From NCBI GenBank assembly GCA_945952245.1, contig CAMFHT010000001.1, positions 1-55,163 on the forward strand: a stretch of 55,163 bases of DNA. The letters are read 5' to 3'. Numbering within the stretch: position 1 is the first letter of the stretch; every line of letters starts with the position of its first letter. The notes beneath the pieces are model-generated. The model was not told the DNA's origin and did not search any database. It was given only the letters and a program-made list of their open reading frames with translations. Made by a program: the position numbers and the translations under genes. This document shows, piece by piece, positions 1 to 9,368 of the stretch. The DNA comes from an uncultured Rhizobium sp. Lineage in GTDB: Bacteria > Pseudomonadota > Alphaproteobacteria > Rhizobiales > Rhizobiaceae.

Positions 1-869
1 GGATCCTGCAGAGCGTGGAGTGCGGGGCGGATGCAGGCAAGTGGCGGCTGGCGCACGTTCTCGATGAAGACTTCCTGCGTGGCGGCGGTGCCGCCCTGCA
101 TGCCGTCGAGCACGACGACGTCAGCGCCGGCCTTCACGGCAAGTGCCGTATCGTAATAGGGGCGGGCGCCGCCGACCTTTACATAGATCGGCTTTTCCCA
201 GTCGGTGATTTCGCGGAGCTCCATGATCTTGATCTCGAGATCGTCGGGGCCCGTCCAGTCGGGATGGCGGCAGGCGGAGCGTTGGTCGATGCCCTTGGGC
301 AGCGTGCGCATTTCGGCGACGCGGTCGGAGATCTTCTGGCCGAGCAGCATGCCGCCGCCGCCGGGCTTGGCACCCTGGCCGACGACGAGCTCGATGGCAT
401 CCGCCCGGCGCAGATCACGCGGGTTCATGCCGTAGCGCGAGGGCAGGTACTGGTAGACGAGCGTCTTCGAATGGCCGCGTTCCTCCTCCGTCATGCCGCC
501 GTCACCCGTGGTGGTGGAGGTACCGGCCAGCGTCGCGCCGCGGCCGAGCGATTCCTTTGCCGGACCCGAAAGCGAGCCGAAGCTCATGCCGGCAATGGTG
601 ATCGGGATCTTGAGCTCGATCGGCTTCTTCGCATACCGCGTGCCGAGCACGACGGAGGTGTCGCAGCGCTCGCGGTAGCCTTCGAGCGGATAGCGGGAAA
701 TGGAGGCGCCGAGGAACAGGAGGTCGTCGAAATGCGGGACCTTGCGCTTCGCGCCGCCGCCGCGGATGTCGTAGATGCCGGTGATCGCCGCGCGGCGGAT
801 TTCCGACATCGTGTAATCGTCGAAGGTTGCGGATTTGCGCGGGGTGGTCGGCGGGTTCTGATAGGTCAT
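1..869 (-). CDS. glxD: FMN-binding glutamate synthase family protein (N-methylglutamate synthase subunit C / GlxD), 3' end outside window
   Basis: Not in the ORF track because it runs off the window. Manual translation from ATG at 869 gives MTYQNPPTTPRKSATFDDY...PITIAGMSFGSLS...TTTGDGGM...GQGAKPGGGGMLLGQK...YVKVG...DGMQGGT, which are GltB FMN-domain motifs. Follows glxC. Confidence 0.9.
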   Translation of the reverse strand, partial: MTYQNPPTTPRKSATFDDYTMSEIRRAAITGIYDIRGGGAKRKVPHFDDLLFLGASISRYPLEGYRERCDTSVVLGTRYAKKPIELKIPITIAGMSFGSLSGPAKESLGRGATLAGTSTTTGDGGMTEEERGHSKTLVYQYLPSRYGMNPRDLRRADAIELVVGQGAKPGGGGMLLGQKISDRVAEMRTLPKGIDQRSACRHPDWTGPDDLEIKIMELREITDWEKPIYVKVGGARPYYDTALAVKAGADVVVLDGMQGGTAATQEVFIENVRQPPLACIRPALHALQD

Positions 870-879
870 GGTTTCCCCC

Positions 880-1566
880 TCAATAGGCTTCCGCATTGTC
901 GATGTTGAAATTGTAGAGCTTGCGTGCCGAGCCATAGCGCTTGAAGTCGGATGGCTTCACGTCCGTGACGCCCGCCTTGTCGAGCAGATCCTGCAGGATC
1001 TCCAGATGCTCGGCGCGCAGTTCCTTCTCGATGCAGTCCGCCCCCAGCGACTTCACCGAACCGCGGACGAAGAGACGGGCCTCGTAGAGCGAATCGCCCA
1101 GAGCATCGCCGGCATCGCCGAGCACGACCAGATTGCCGGATTGCGCCATGAAGGCCGACATGTGGCCGATCGAGCCCTTCACGACGATGTTGATGCCCTT
1201 CATCGAGATACCGCAGCGCGAGGAGGCATTGCCGTCGATCACGAGCAGGCCGCCGCGTCCGGTCGCTCCCGCATACTGGCTGGCATCGCCCTTGATGTGG
1301 ATCGTGCCGGCCATCATGTTCTCGCCGACGCCCGGGCCGGCAGAGCCCTCGACCGTAATGGTCGCGCCGGAATTCATGCCGCCGCAGTAATAGCCGACGC
1401 TGCCCTTCACCGTCACGGCGACGTCGCCATCGACGCCGACGGCGACCGCATGGCTGCCGCGCGGGTTCAGAACCTCGAAATGGGTCTCGTTGGTGCCAGG
1501 CTTCACCTGATGCAGCGCCTGGTTCAGCTCCCGAAGCGTGGTGTGCTGAAGATCGAATGTCGGCAT
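880..1566 (-). CDS. glxC: GXGXG-repeat protein (N-methylglutamate synthase subunit B / GlxC)
   Basis: Repeated GxVGYYCGGM / GSAGPGVGENM / GDASQYAG units of the GltB C-terminal beta-helix. Start reassigned to MPTFDL, whose ATG lies 1 nt after the TGA at 1568-1570. Confidence 0.9.
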   Translation of the reverse strand: MPTFDLQHTTLRELNQALHQVKPGTNETHFEVLNPRGSHAVAVGVDGDVAVTVKGSVGYYCGGMNSGATITVEGSAGPGVGENMMAGTIHIKGDASQYAGATGRGGLLVIDGNASSRCGISMKGINIVVKGSIGHMSAFMAQSGNLVVLGDAGDALGDSLYEARLFVRGSVKSLGADCIEKELRAEHLEILQDLLDKAGVTDVKPSDFKRYGSARKLYNFNIDNAEAY

Positions 1567-1567
1567 G

Positions 1568-2464
1568 TCAGTGCTCCCAGAAATAGACGGTCGCCGGCTA
1601 CGGCCCCCAGACACGGGCGTTCTCGATGCCGGGCAGGTTCACGAGTGCGCGGTATTCGGAGCCGAAGGCCACATACTGGTCGGTCTCGGCCATGACGGCA
1701 GGCTTGCAGGCGATCGGATCGCGCACCACGCCGAAGCCGGACTTCGTGCCGACGACGAAGGTAAAGAAGCCGTCGAGGTCGGAAACCGCCCCTTCCAATG
1801 CCTGGCCCAGGTTCTTGCCATGGGCCATCTGCGAGGTGAGGTAGGCGGCGGCGACCTCGGAATCGTTTTCCGTCTCGAACCGCATGCCCTCGCGCTTCAG
1901 CTCGCGACGCAGGTTGTTGTGGTTCGACAGCGAACCATTGTGCACCAGGCACTGGTCCGGACCGGTGGAGAAGGGATGCGCACCGAGCGTGGTAACGGCA
2001 CTTTCCGTCGCCATGCGGGTATGGCCGATGCCGTGCGTGCCGGCCATGTGGACGACGTCGAAGCGATTCGCCACGTCCTTCGGCAGGCCCACTTCCTTGT
2101 AGATCTCGACGCTGTCACCCGTGCTCATCACGCGGATGTCGGGGCGCTCGGCGGCAAGGGCGGCCCGTACGGCTTCCGCCTTTGCCGCATCCACGCCCAG
2201 AACCGCATGCGTTGCCTTGATATGCACCGTCAGGCTGTCGCCGGCCGTGGCCTTCAGCAGGTCCTTCAGGCCCTGGAAATCCTTTTCCGGGTGCGGCGAC
2301 TGGATGGTTATCTTCGATCGGCCCGTATCGGGAGCGCCATAAATGGCAATGCCCGCGCTATCAGGGCCGCGATCGGTCATGGTCACGAGCATTTCGGAAA
2401 GCAGCTCGCCGAGCCGGGGCTCGAGACTCTTGTCCTTCAGAAACAAACCGACAATTCCGCACAT
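1568..2464 (-). CDS. glxB: Class II glutamine amidotransferase (N-methylglutamate synthase subunit A / GlxB) with an in-frame TAG at 1598-1600
   Basis: N-terminal MCGIVG nucleophile, RGPDSAG, GHTRMAT, HNG and DSE motifs, GGAGG RBS. The ORF stops at TAG 1598-1600, but the frame continues PATVYFWEH to TGA 1568-1570. Confidence 0.88.
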
Positions 2465-2525
2465 GGCGCGTACCTCCGTTTGACACTGAGCAACGATTAT
2501 CAGGACTGCATGGTTTGTCAACTTT

Positions 2526-2544
2526 CAAGAAATAAATATTCTTG
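2526..2544. promoter_or_regulatory. Inverted repeat CAAGAA-N7-TTCTTG upstream of glxB, candidate operator
   Basis: Perfect 6-bp arms in an AT-rich intergenic region. A related box lies at 3639-3658. Confidence 0.4.
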
Positions 2545-2636
2545 CAAGGCAAGATTCATCCGCTGGTCCTAGCCACCTCCCGAACGGTTGAAAATCTACT
2601 CAACCTTCTGAAAAATAGGCAAAAAATTGAATCACA

Positions 2637-3599
2637 TCAGGTGTTGCCGTTTTTCCGCGCGTCCCTTGGGGAGAAACCGAAGGCCTGTTTGTAGAGTCGC
2701 GAGAAATGGCCCGCGCTCGAGAAGCCCGTGGAGAGTGCTATTTCAGAAATCGAGAGCGCGCTCTGCTGCAGAAGCCGCCGCGCATGATCGAGCCTGAGAC
2801 GCCGGTATTCTCCAGCGAAACTGGTGCCGGCATGGGTCGAGAACAGCCGATCCAGATGACGCGGCGTGATGCCCGCGAATTTCGCCATGGCGGTCCGGGA
2901 AAGGGGCGCTTCAAGGGTCGTCTGCATCTTTTCCAGCATGGTGAGCAGCAGCGGGTGATGGATCTGATAGCGTTCGGCAAGCGAGGCCCGCTGGGGTGCC
3001 ACCGGCGCTCCCACCTCCGTGTGCAGGTACCAGTCGCTGACACGACGGGCGAAATCGGCACCCAGCCGCTCCGAAATCAGCGCATGCATCATGTCGAGCG
3101 GCGCGATGCCGCCGCCGCAGGTGATGCGGTTGCCGTCGATCACGAATCGGGCGGGCGTCGGGTCGAGATCCGGAAAGGCTTCCCGGAGCGCAGGCGCGTG
3201 CTCCCAATGGATGGTGAACCGTCTGTCCTTGAGCAGCCCTGCCGCCGCCATGAGATAGGGCCCGCCCGAAATACCGCCGATCCGGACGCCTTCCCGGGCA
3301 AGGACCCTGAGCGAGGCGAGCACGGAGGGTTCCAGGCCCTGGCGCGGATCGCCGCCTGCACAGACGAAGGCGAGGTTCAGGCTGCCGGCATGTCTCGGCA
3401 AGGGTTCTGCAGCCACTTCCGCACCACCCGACGAGCGCGCCGGCTTGCCGTCCAGGCTGAAGAAGCGCAGGCGGTAGAGCGGTTTTCCGGCGATCAGGTT
3501 CGCCGCTCTCAGCGGTTCGCTCGCCGACGCGAAGGACATCAGCGCGAACTGCGGCAGGAGGATGAACCCGATTTCCTGAGTCTGACGGTCGGCTTGCAG
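2637..3599 (-). CDS. glxA: GlxA-family AraC transcriptional regulator (DJ-1/PfpI + HTH)
   Basis: IGFILLPQFALMSFASASEPLRAAN, TIHWEH, RITCGGG and C-terminal AraC HTH (SISEIALSTGFSSAGHFSRLYK). Start uncertain; CTG at 3599 after GAGGA is preferred. Confidence 0.88.
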   Translation of the reverse strand: MQADRQTQEIGFILLPQFALMSFASASEPLRAANLIAGKPLYRLRFFSLDGKPARSSGGAEVAAEPLPRHAGSLNLAFVCAGGDPRQGLEPSVLASLRVLAREGVRIGGISGGPYLMAAAGLLKDRRFTIHWEHAPALREAFPDLDPTPARFVIDGNRITCGGGIAPLDMMHALISERLGADFARRVSDWYLHTEVGAPVAPQRASLAERYQIHHPLLLTMLEKMQTTLEAPLSRTAMAKFAGITPRHLDRLFSTHAGTSFAGEYRRLRLDHARRLLQQSALSISEIALSTGFSSAGHFSRLYKQAFGFSPRDARKNGNT

Positions 3600-3638
3600 T
3601 ATGATGTCCTCATCCTGCCACTTCCCGTCTCTTTCCTG

Positions 3639-3658
3639 CAAGAAAATCCTTTTTCCTG
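3639..3658. promoter_or_regulatory. CAAGAA-N8-TTCCTG box between glxA and soxB, candidate operator
   Basis: Resembles the box at 2526-2544, with one mismatch and a spacer 1 nt longer. Confidence 0.3.
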
Positions 3659-3694
3659 TCAGCAAATATGGACGCAACAAGAGGATGAACCGCC

Positions 3695-4945
3695 ATGCGA
3701 TATTCCGCACTCTCCATTCTGTTGAACGGGCTCAAGGGCAACAAGGATTGGACGCCTGCCTGGCGCAGTCCGGCGCCGAAGAAGCACTACGACGTCATCA
3801 TCGTCGGCGGCGGCGGGCACGGGCTATCCACGGCCTACTACCTCGCCAAGGAGCATGGCATCACGAACGTTGCGGTGCTGGAAAAGGGCTATCTCGGTGC
3901 GGGCAACATAGGCCGCAATACGACGATCATTCGCTCCAACTACCTGCTGCCCGGCAACAATCCCTTCTACGAGCTGTCGATGAAGCTGTGGGAAGGGCTG
4001 GAGCAGGACTTCAACTTCAACGCCATGGTCTCCCAGCGGGGCGTGCTGAACCTCTTCCACTCCGACGGACAACGGGACGCCTATACCAACCGCGGCAATG
4101 CCATGCGCCTGCACGGGGTCGATGCCGAACTGCTCGACCGTGAACAGGTGCGGGCAAAACTTCCCTTCCTCGATTTCGACAATGGCCGCTTCCCGATCCT
4201 GGGCGGGCTCTTTCAGCCGCGCGGCGGCACCGTCCGCCACGATGCCGTCGCCTGGGGCTATGCACGCGGGGCGGACAGCCGCGGCGTCGACATCATCCAG
4301 CACTGCGAGGTAACCGGCATCCGCCGCGAGAACGGCAAGGTCTTGGGTGTCGAGACCACGCAAGGCTTCATCGGCTGCAACAAGCTGGCGCTCGCCGCTG
4401 CCGGCAATTCCTCCACGGTCGCCAGGATGGCGGATCTGACATTGCCGATCGACAGTCACGTGCTGCAGGCCTTCGTATCGGAGGGGTTGAAGCCCTTCGT
4501 CGATTGCGTCGTCACCTTCGGCGTCGGTCATTTCTATGTCTCGCAGTCGGACAAGGGCGGCCTCGTCTTCGGCGGCGATATCGACGGCTACAATTCCTAT
4601 GCCCAGCGCGGCAATCTCGCCTGCGTGGAGCATGTCATCGAGGCCGGAGTCTCGATGATCCCGGCACTCTCCCGCGTCCGGGTTCTTCGCTCCTGGGGCG
4701 GCATCATGGATATGTCGATGGACGGCTCGCCGATCATCGACCGCACGCATATCGACAATCTCTATCTCAACGCCGGCTGGTGCTATGGCGGCTTCAAGGC
4801 CACACCCGCCTCGGGCTTCTGCTATGCCCACCTGATCGCGAAGAACGAACCGCACAAGGTCGCCGCTGCCTATCGGCTCGACCGGTTCGAGCGTGGCTAC
4901 ATGATCGATGAGAAGGGCGTTGGCGCCCAGGCAAACCTGCACTGA
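3695..4945 (+). CDS. soxB: Sarcosine oxidase beta family flavoprotein (probably N-methylglutamate dehydrogenase MgdA)
   Basis: GGGGHGL dinucleotide motif, GRNTTIIRSNY, GWCYGGFKATP. Adjacent to glxBCD. Confidence 0.92.
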   Translation: MRYSALSILLNGLKGNKDWTPAWRSPAPKKHYDVIIVGGGGHGLSTAYYLAKEHGITNVAVLEKGYLGAGNIGRNTTIIRSNYLLPGNNPFYELSMKLWEGLEQDFNFNAMVSQRGVLNLFHSDGQRDAYTNRGNAMRLHGVDAELLDREQVRAKLPFLDFDNGRFPILGGLFQPRGGTVRHDAVAWGYARGADSRGVDIIQHCEVTGIRRENGKVLGVETTQGFIGCNKLALAAAGNSSTVARMADLTLPIDSHVLQAFVSEGLKPFVDCVVTFGVGHFYVSQSDKGGLVFGGDIDGYNSYAQRGNLACVEHVIEAGVSMIPALSRVRVLRSWGGIMDMSMDGSPIIDRTHIDNLYLNAGWCYGGFKATPASGFCYAHLIAKNEPHKVAAAYRLDRFERGYMIDEKGVGAQANLH

Positions 4946-4964
4946 GAGGACGAGGGGAACCAAG

Positions 4965-5234
4965 ATGGCTAGCCTGATCACCTGCCCTCACTGCGGGCAG
5001 AGACCGAAAGAAGAATACACCATCAAGGGCGATGCGGGCCCGAAGCGCCCGGCGCCAGGCGCGCCGGAGCGCGAATGGTTCGACTATGTCTATCAGCGAG
5101 ACAATCCGCGGGGCACGCTCCAGGAGTTCTGGCATCATTCCGGGGGCTGCCGGCGCTGGCTGGTGGTGACGCGCGACACGGTCACGCATGAGGTATTCAG
5201 CGTTTCCGATGCATCGGAAAGGGCCGCATCATGA
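4965..5234 (+). CDS. soxD: Sarcosine oxidase delta family subunit (MgdB-like)
   Basis: CPHCG...EFWHHSGGCRRW zinc-binding motif. Start MASLI after GAGGGG. Confidence 0.92.
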   Translation: MASLITCPHCGQRPKEEYTIKGDAGPKRPAPGAPEREWFDYVYQRDNPRGTLQEFWHHSGGCRRWLVVTRDTVTHEVFSVSDASERAAS

Positions 5235-8191
5235 GCTCCTATCGCCTTTCCCGCGGCGGCGCGATCGATCGTTCGCAAAGCCTTTCCTTCACCTTCGACG
5301 GCAGGGCGCTCACGGGCCATCCCGGCGATACCCTGGCCTCGGCCCTGCTCGCCAACGGCATCGGTCTCATGGGCCGCTCGTTCAAGTATCACCGTCCGCG
5401 CGGCGTGCTCACGGCGGGTGCCGCCGAGCCGAATGCGCTGGTCACCATCGGCCGTGGCGGACGAACGGAGCCGAACACGCGCGCCACCATGGCCGAGCTT
5501 TATGCCGGCATGGAAGCCGTAAGCCAGAACCGCTGGCCGTCGCTGGACTGGGATATCGGTTCGCTCAACAGCCTGCTCTCGCCCTTCCTCGGCGCCGGCT
5601 TCTACTACAAGACCTTCATGTGGCCGGGTGCGCTCTGGGAAAAACTCTACGAGCCCTTCATCCGCCGCGCTGCCGGCCTTGGCAAGGCGAGCTACGAGGC
5701 CGATCCGGACAGCTACGAAAAGGCCTGGGCACACTGCGACGTGCTGGTGATTGGCTCTGGCGCTGCCGGTCTTTCTGCGGCGCTCACGGCGGCGCGCGCC
5801 GGGGCAGAGGTCATCATTGCCGACGAGAAGGCGGCTGCGGGTGGGTCGCTGCTCAGCGAAACATCGCTGATCGGCGGCAAGCCGGCACACGAGGCAGCGC
5901 AGAACGCTCTTGCCGAACTTGCTGCCATGCCGAATGTCCGCATCCTCACCCGCACCACCGTCTTCGGCTGGTTCGACAGCCAGGTCTTCGGCGCTGTCGA
6001 ACGCGTGCAGAAGCACGTGGCGCTTCCCGATCCCAATCGTCCGGTCGAGCGGCTCTGGCGCATCGTCGCTAAACAGGCGGTGCTGGCCTCCGGCGCCGAA
6101 GAGCGACCGATCGTCTTCGGCGGCAATGATCGTCCGGGCGTGATGATGGCGGGTGCCGTCAGAACCTATGCCAATCAGTATGGCGTCACTGCCGGCAGGC
6201 GTGTAGCGCTCTTCACCACCAATGACAGTGCCTATGCCGTCGCCGCGGATCTCGAAAAATCCGGCGTCGAGGTCGCGGCGATCATCGACAACAGAGGCGC
6301 CGTGCCGACAAGCTGGACCGGCAAGGCCCGTGTCATCCCCGGCGGCGCGGTCACGGCAACCGCAGGCGGCAAGGCACTCGAAGGCATCACCATTGCCTCC
6401 GGTGCCGGGATCGAGACGCTCGAGGTCGATGCACTCGGCATGTCCGGCGGCTGGAGCCCCGTCATTCACCTCGCCTGCCATCGCGGCGGCAAGCCGGTCT
6501 GGGATGCCGCCAAATCGGCATTCCTCGCACCTGCGGTTAAGGGCCTGATCGTCGCGGGCGGCGCGAAGGGCGATCTGACACTGTCGGAGGCCATGCTGTC
6601 CGGCGCTGCGGCAGGGGCCTCTGCCGCAGAAGCCCTCGGGCTGAAAGCCGAACCGGCAACGCTCGGAGCGGTCGAAGGCGATCTGTCGATCGCCACGCCG
6701 ACGCCGCTCTGGTCGGTCAAGGGGTTCAAGGGCAAGGCTTTCGTCGATTACCAGAACGACGTGCATCACAAGGACCTCACCCAGTCGGTGCGCGAGGGCT
6801 ATGGCGATGTGGAACTCGCCAAGCGCTACACCACGAACGGCATGGCAACGGACCAGGGCAAGCTCTCGAACGTGAATGCGATCGGCATCCTCGCGGAGGC
6901 TCGTGGCGTCACGCCGGCCGAAGTGGGCACCACCACGTTCAGGCCGTTTTATACGCCGGTTTCCTTCGGGGCTCTTGCCGGCACAGGCCGTGGCAAGCAT
7001 TTCCAGCCTGTCCGCCAGTCGCCCCTGCATGGCTGGGCGAAGAAGAACGGCGCGGTCTTCGTGGAAACGGGGCTCTGGTACCGCTCGTCCTGGTTCCCGC
7101 GCAATGGCGAAACCTCCTGGCGCGAGAGCGTCGATCGGGAGGTGCTGAATACCCGCGTAAACGCCGGCCTCTGCGACGTCTCCACGCTCGGCAAGATCGA
7201 GATCTACGGTGCCGATGCCGCCGAATTCCTGAACCGCGTCTACGTCAATGCGTTTGCGAAGCTTCCGGTTGGCAAGGCCCGCTACGGGCTCATGCTGCGC
7301 GAAGACGGCATGATCTATGACGACGGCACGACGAGCCGGCTCGGCGAGAACCATTACTTCATGACGACGACGACGGCGCTTGCCGCCGGCGTCATGACGC
7401 ACCTCGAATTCTGCGCGCAGGCGCTCTGGCCGGAACTCGACGTCCGGCTCGCCTCGGCAACCGACCAATGGGCGCAGATGGCGATTGCCGGCCCGAAGTC
7501 GCGCCAGATCCTCCAGAGGATCGTCGACGAGGACCTGTCGGACGCGAACTTCCCCTTCCTCGGTGCAAAGACGGTCTCGCTCTTCGGCGGCAGGCTCGAA
7601 GGGCGGCTGTTTCGGATTTCGTTTTCGGGCGAGCTCGCTTACGAGCTAGCCGTCCCCGCAGGCTACGGCGAGGCGGTTGCCGATGCGCTGATGGAGGCCG
7701 GAAAGGCGGATGGCATCCAGCCCTATGGCGTCGAGGCGCTCGGCGTCATGCGCATCGAGAAGGGGCACATCACTCACAACGAAATCAATGGACGTGTCAC
7801 GCCCGGCGATCTCGGTTTCGCCAAGATGGTGAGCAGCACCAAGCCGGATTTCATCGGCAAGGGCATGCTTTTCCGGGAGGGCCTGCAGGATCCGAAGCGA
7901 CCGCGCCTCGTCGGCGTGAAGCCGCTCGATCCGGCTGCGGGGTTCAAGACGGGCTCGCACATCCTGAAGAAGGGCGTCCAGCCATCGCTCGAGGCAAGCG
8001 CCGGTTATGTCACGTCGTCTGCCTATTCGCCCGTGCTCGGCCACACGATCGGCCTCGCGCTGGTGGTGGACGGACCCGAGCGGCATGGCGAGGAGGTCCA
8101 GATCTACAATGCACTCCGCGGTGAATTCACCGCCGGCCTGCTTTGTGATCCGGTATTCGTCGATCCCAGGAACGAGAAGCTTCATGTCTGA
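5231..8191 (+). CDS. soxA: Sarcosine oxidase alpha family subunit (MgdC-like)
   Basis: GDTLASALLANG, RSFKYHRPRG, GSGAAG, KRYTTNGMATDQGK and a C-terminal GcvT fold (DVSTLGKI, RISFSGELAYE). ATGA overlap with soxD. Confidence 0.95.
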   Translation: MSSYRLSRGGAIDRSQSLSFTFDGRALTGHPGDTLASALLANGIGLMGRSFKYHRPRGVLTAGAAEPNALVTIGRGGRTEPNTRATMAELYAGMEAVSQNRWPSLDWDIGSLNSLLSPFLGAGFYYKTFMWPGALWEKLYEPFIRRAAGLGKASYEADPDSYEKAWAHCDVLVIGSGAAGLSAALTAARAGAEVIIADEKAAAGGSLLSETSLIGGKPAHEAAQNALAELAAMPNVRILTRTTVFGWFDSQVFGAVERVQKHVALPDPNRPVERLWRIVAKQAVLASGAEERPIVFGGNDRPGVMMAGAVRTYANQYGVTAGRRVALFTTNDSAYAVAADLEKSGVEVAAIIDNRGAVPTSWTGKARVIPGGAVTATAGGKALEGITIASGAGIETLEVDALGMSGGWSPVIHLACHRGGKPVWDAAKSAFLAPAVKGLIVAGGAKGDLTLSEAMLSGAAAGASAAEALGLKAEPATLGAVEGDLSIATPTPLWSVKGFKGKAFVDYQNDVHHKDLTQSVREGYGDVELAKRYTTNGMATDQGKLSNVNAIGILAEARGVTPAEVGTTTFRPFYTPVSFGALAGTGRGKHFQPVRQSPLHGWAKKNGAVFVETGLWYRSSWFPRNGETSWRESVDREVLNTRVNAGLCDVSTLGKIEIYGADAAEFLNRVYVNAFAKLPVGKARYGLMLREDGMIYDDGTTSRLGENHYFMTTTTALAAGVMTHLEFCAQALWPELDVRLASATDQWAQMAIAGPKSRQILQRIVDEDLSDANFPFLGAKTVSLFGGRLEGRLFRISFSGELAYELAVPAGYGEAVADALMEAGKADGIQPYGVEALGVMRIEKGHITHNEINGRVTPGDLGFAKMVSSTKPDFIGKGMLFREGLQDPKRPRLVGVKPLDPAAGFKTGSHILKKGVQPSLEASAGYVTSSAYSPVLGHTIGLALVVDGPERHGEEVQIYNALRGEFTAGLLCDPVFVDPRNEKLHV

Positions 8192-8768
8192 GGTGAGCCA
8201 GATGGACGTTGCAATCCTTTCCCGCCCGGCATTGGCCGGCGTCAAGACGGGCCGCCTAGGAGCGTCCGGTGCCGCCGGCATTCGGCTCGAGGCGCTGCCC
8301 GAGGGTTTCCTGCTGCATCTTCTGGCCAAGCCCGGCGACGGCGCTGCTGCGGGGAAAGCCGAAGCACTGGCATCCCGCCTCGGCACCGTGCTGAGGAAGA
8401 CTGCGCCGGGTCAGTGGTATGTCGCCGGTGGCAGGGAGATGCCCGCCGCCGAGGTCCGGACGATCGAAGCGGAATTGCTTCCGGCGATTGCCATTTCCGA
8501 CCAGTCCCATGGCCGTGTCCGCATCGGCGCTTCCGGTCCCGCTGTGGAATCCATGCTGGCGAAGCTGATGGCGGCGGATCTTTCGCTGAAGGCCTTCCCG
8601 GAGGGTCACGGCACCACGCTTTTCGCCGGCCATGTCGCTGCCCATGCGCAACGCTTTTCCGCTGATCGGTTCGAGATCACCATCCTGAGAGGATTCGCTG
8701 CCGATCTCTGGGGGAGCCTCATCGAGGCATCTCTTGAGTTCGGTGTGGAGGCAACCGGGCCCGCCTGA
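8184..8768 (+). CDS. soxG: Sarcosine oxidase gamma family subunit (MgdD-like)
   Basis: Position after soxA with overlapping start; APGQW, DQSHGR and RGFA motifs. An alternative start lies at 8202. Confidence 0.85.
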   Translation: MSEVSQMDVAILSRPALAGVKTGRLGASGAAGIRLEALPEGFLLHLLAKPGDGAAAGKAEALASRLGTVLRKTAPGQWYVAGGREMPAAEVRTIEAELLPAIAISDQSHGRVRIGASGPAVESMLAKLMAADLSLKAFPEGHGTTLFAGHVAAHAQRFSADRFEITILRGFAADLWGSLIEASLEFGVEATGPA

Positions 8769-8771
8769 AAG

Positions 8772-9368
8772 TCAGGCCGCACTCTTCCGGATCGTAATCG
8801 CCCGCGCGGTTTCCTCGGACTGGTTGGCGAGGGCCCGCATTTCCTGGGCAAGCACCGCGAAGCCTGAACCTGCCTGGCCGGCGCGGGCCGCCTCGATGCC
8901 GGCATTGACGGCAAGCAGCTTCAGATAGCGGAGCGCATGCAGGATTTCCGCAGTCTTCGAGGCGGCATTGGCCATCTCGGCCGTACGTTCGTCAATGCGG
9001 CTGTACAGGCTCTGGATGTTCATGATGCTGCCCTCGAGATAGAGGAGCTCGCCCTTCTCGTCCCAGACACCGCCGCCGGTTTCGGTCACCCAGATCAGAT
9101 CACCGTTCGCGTGGCGGATGCGGTATTCCAGCGTCCAGTTCGTTTTCGTCTCCAGGCCCTTGCCAACGGCGACGTCCATCGCAGCCAGATCTTCCTCGTG
9201 CATCAGCGAAGAGAAGGTCCTGATGCGGTTCCCGATCAGTTCGTCTGCGGGATATCCGAAGATCCGGTGGATCCCGTCGGTCAGCTCCAGCATGGTGTAG
9301 TTCTCATCGGCCCGGCAGCGGTAGAGGAAGCCGTTCATGCGGCCAAGCACACTGGCGAGAAAGTCCAT
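8772..9368 (-). CDS. Small cytoplasmic PAS-domain protein with truncated methyl-accepting chemotaxis signalling tip
   Basis: PAS/PAC motifs (IFGY...[20 protein letters not shown]) followed by [31 protein letters not shown]. 198 aa, no TM segment. Confidence 0.85.
   Translation of the reverse strand: MDFLASVLGRMNGFLYRCRADENYTMLELTDGIHRIFGYPADELIGNRIRTFSSLMHEEDLAAMDVAVGKGLETKTNWTLEYRIRHANGDLIWVTETGGGVWDEKGELLYLEGSIMNIQSLYSRIDERTAEMANAASKTAEILHALRYLKLLAVNAGIEAARAGQAGSGFAVLAQEMRALANQSEETARAITIRKSAA

Noticed and set aside
15-908. 297-aa plus-strand ORF
   Set aside because: Antisense shadow of glxD, which the ORF track missed because it runs off the window.
1598-1600. Pyrrolysine decoding of the TAG in a methylamine-pathway gene
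   Set aside because: No pylTSBCD in the window, the protein is not a corrinoid methyltransferase, and the site appears to correspond to Glu.
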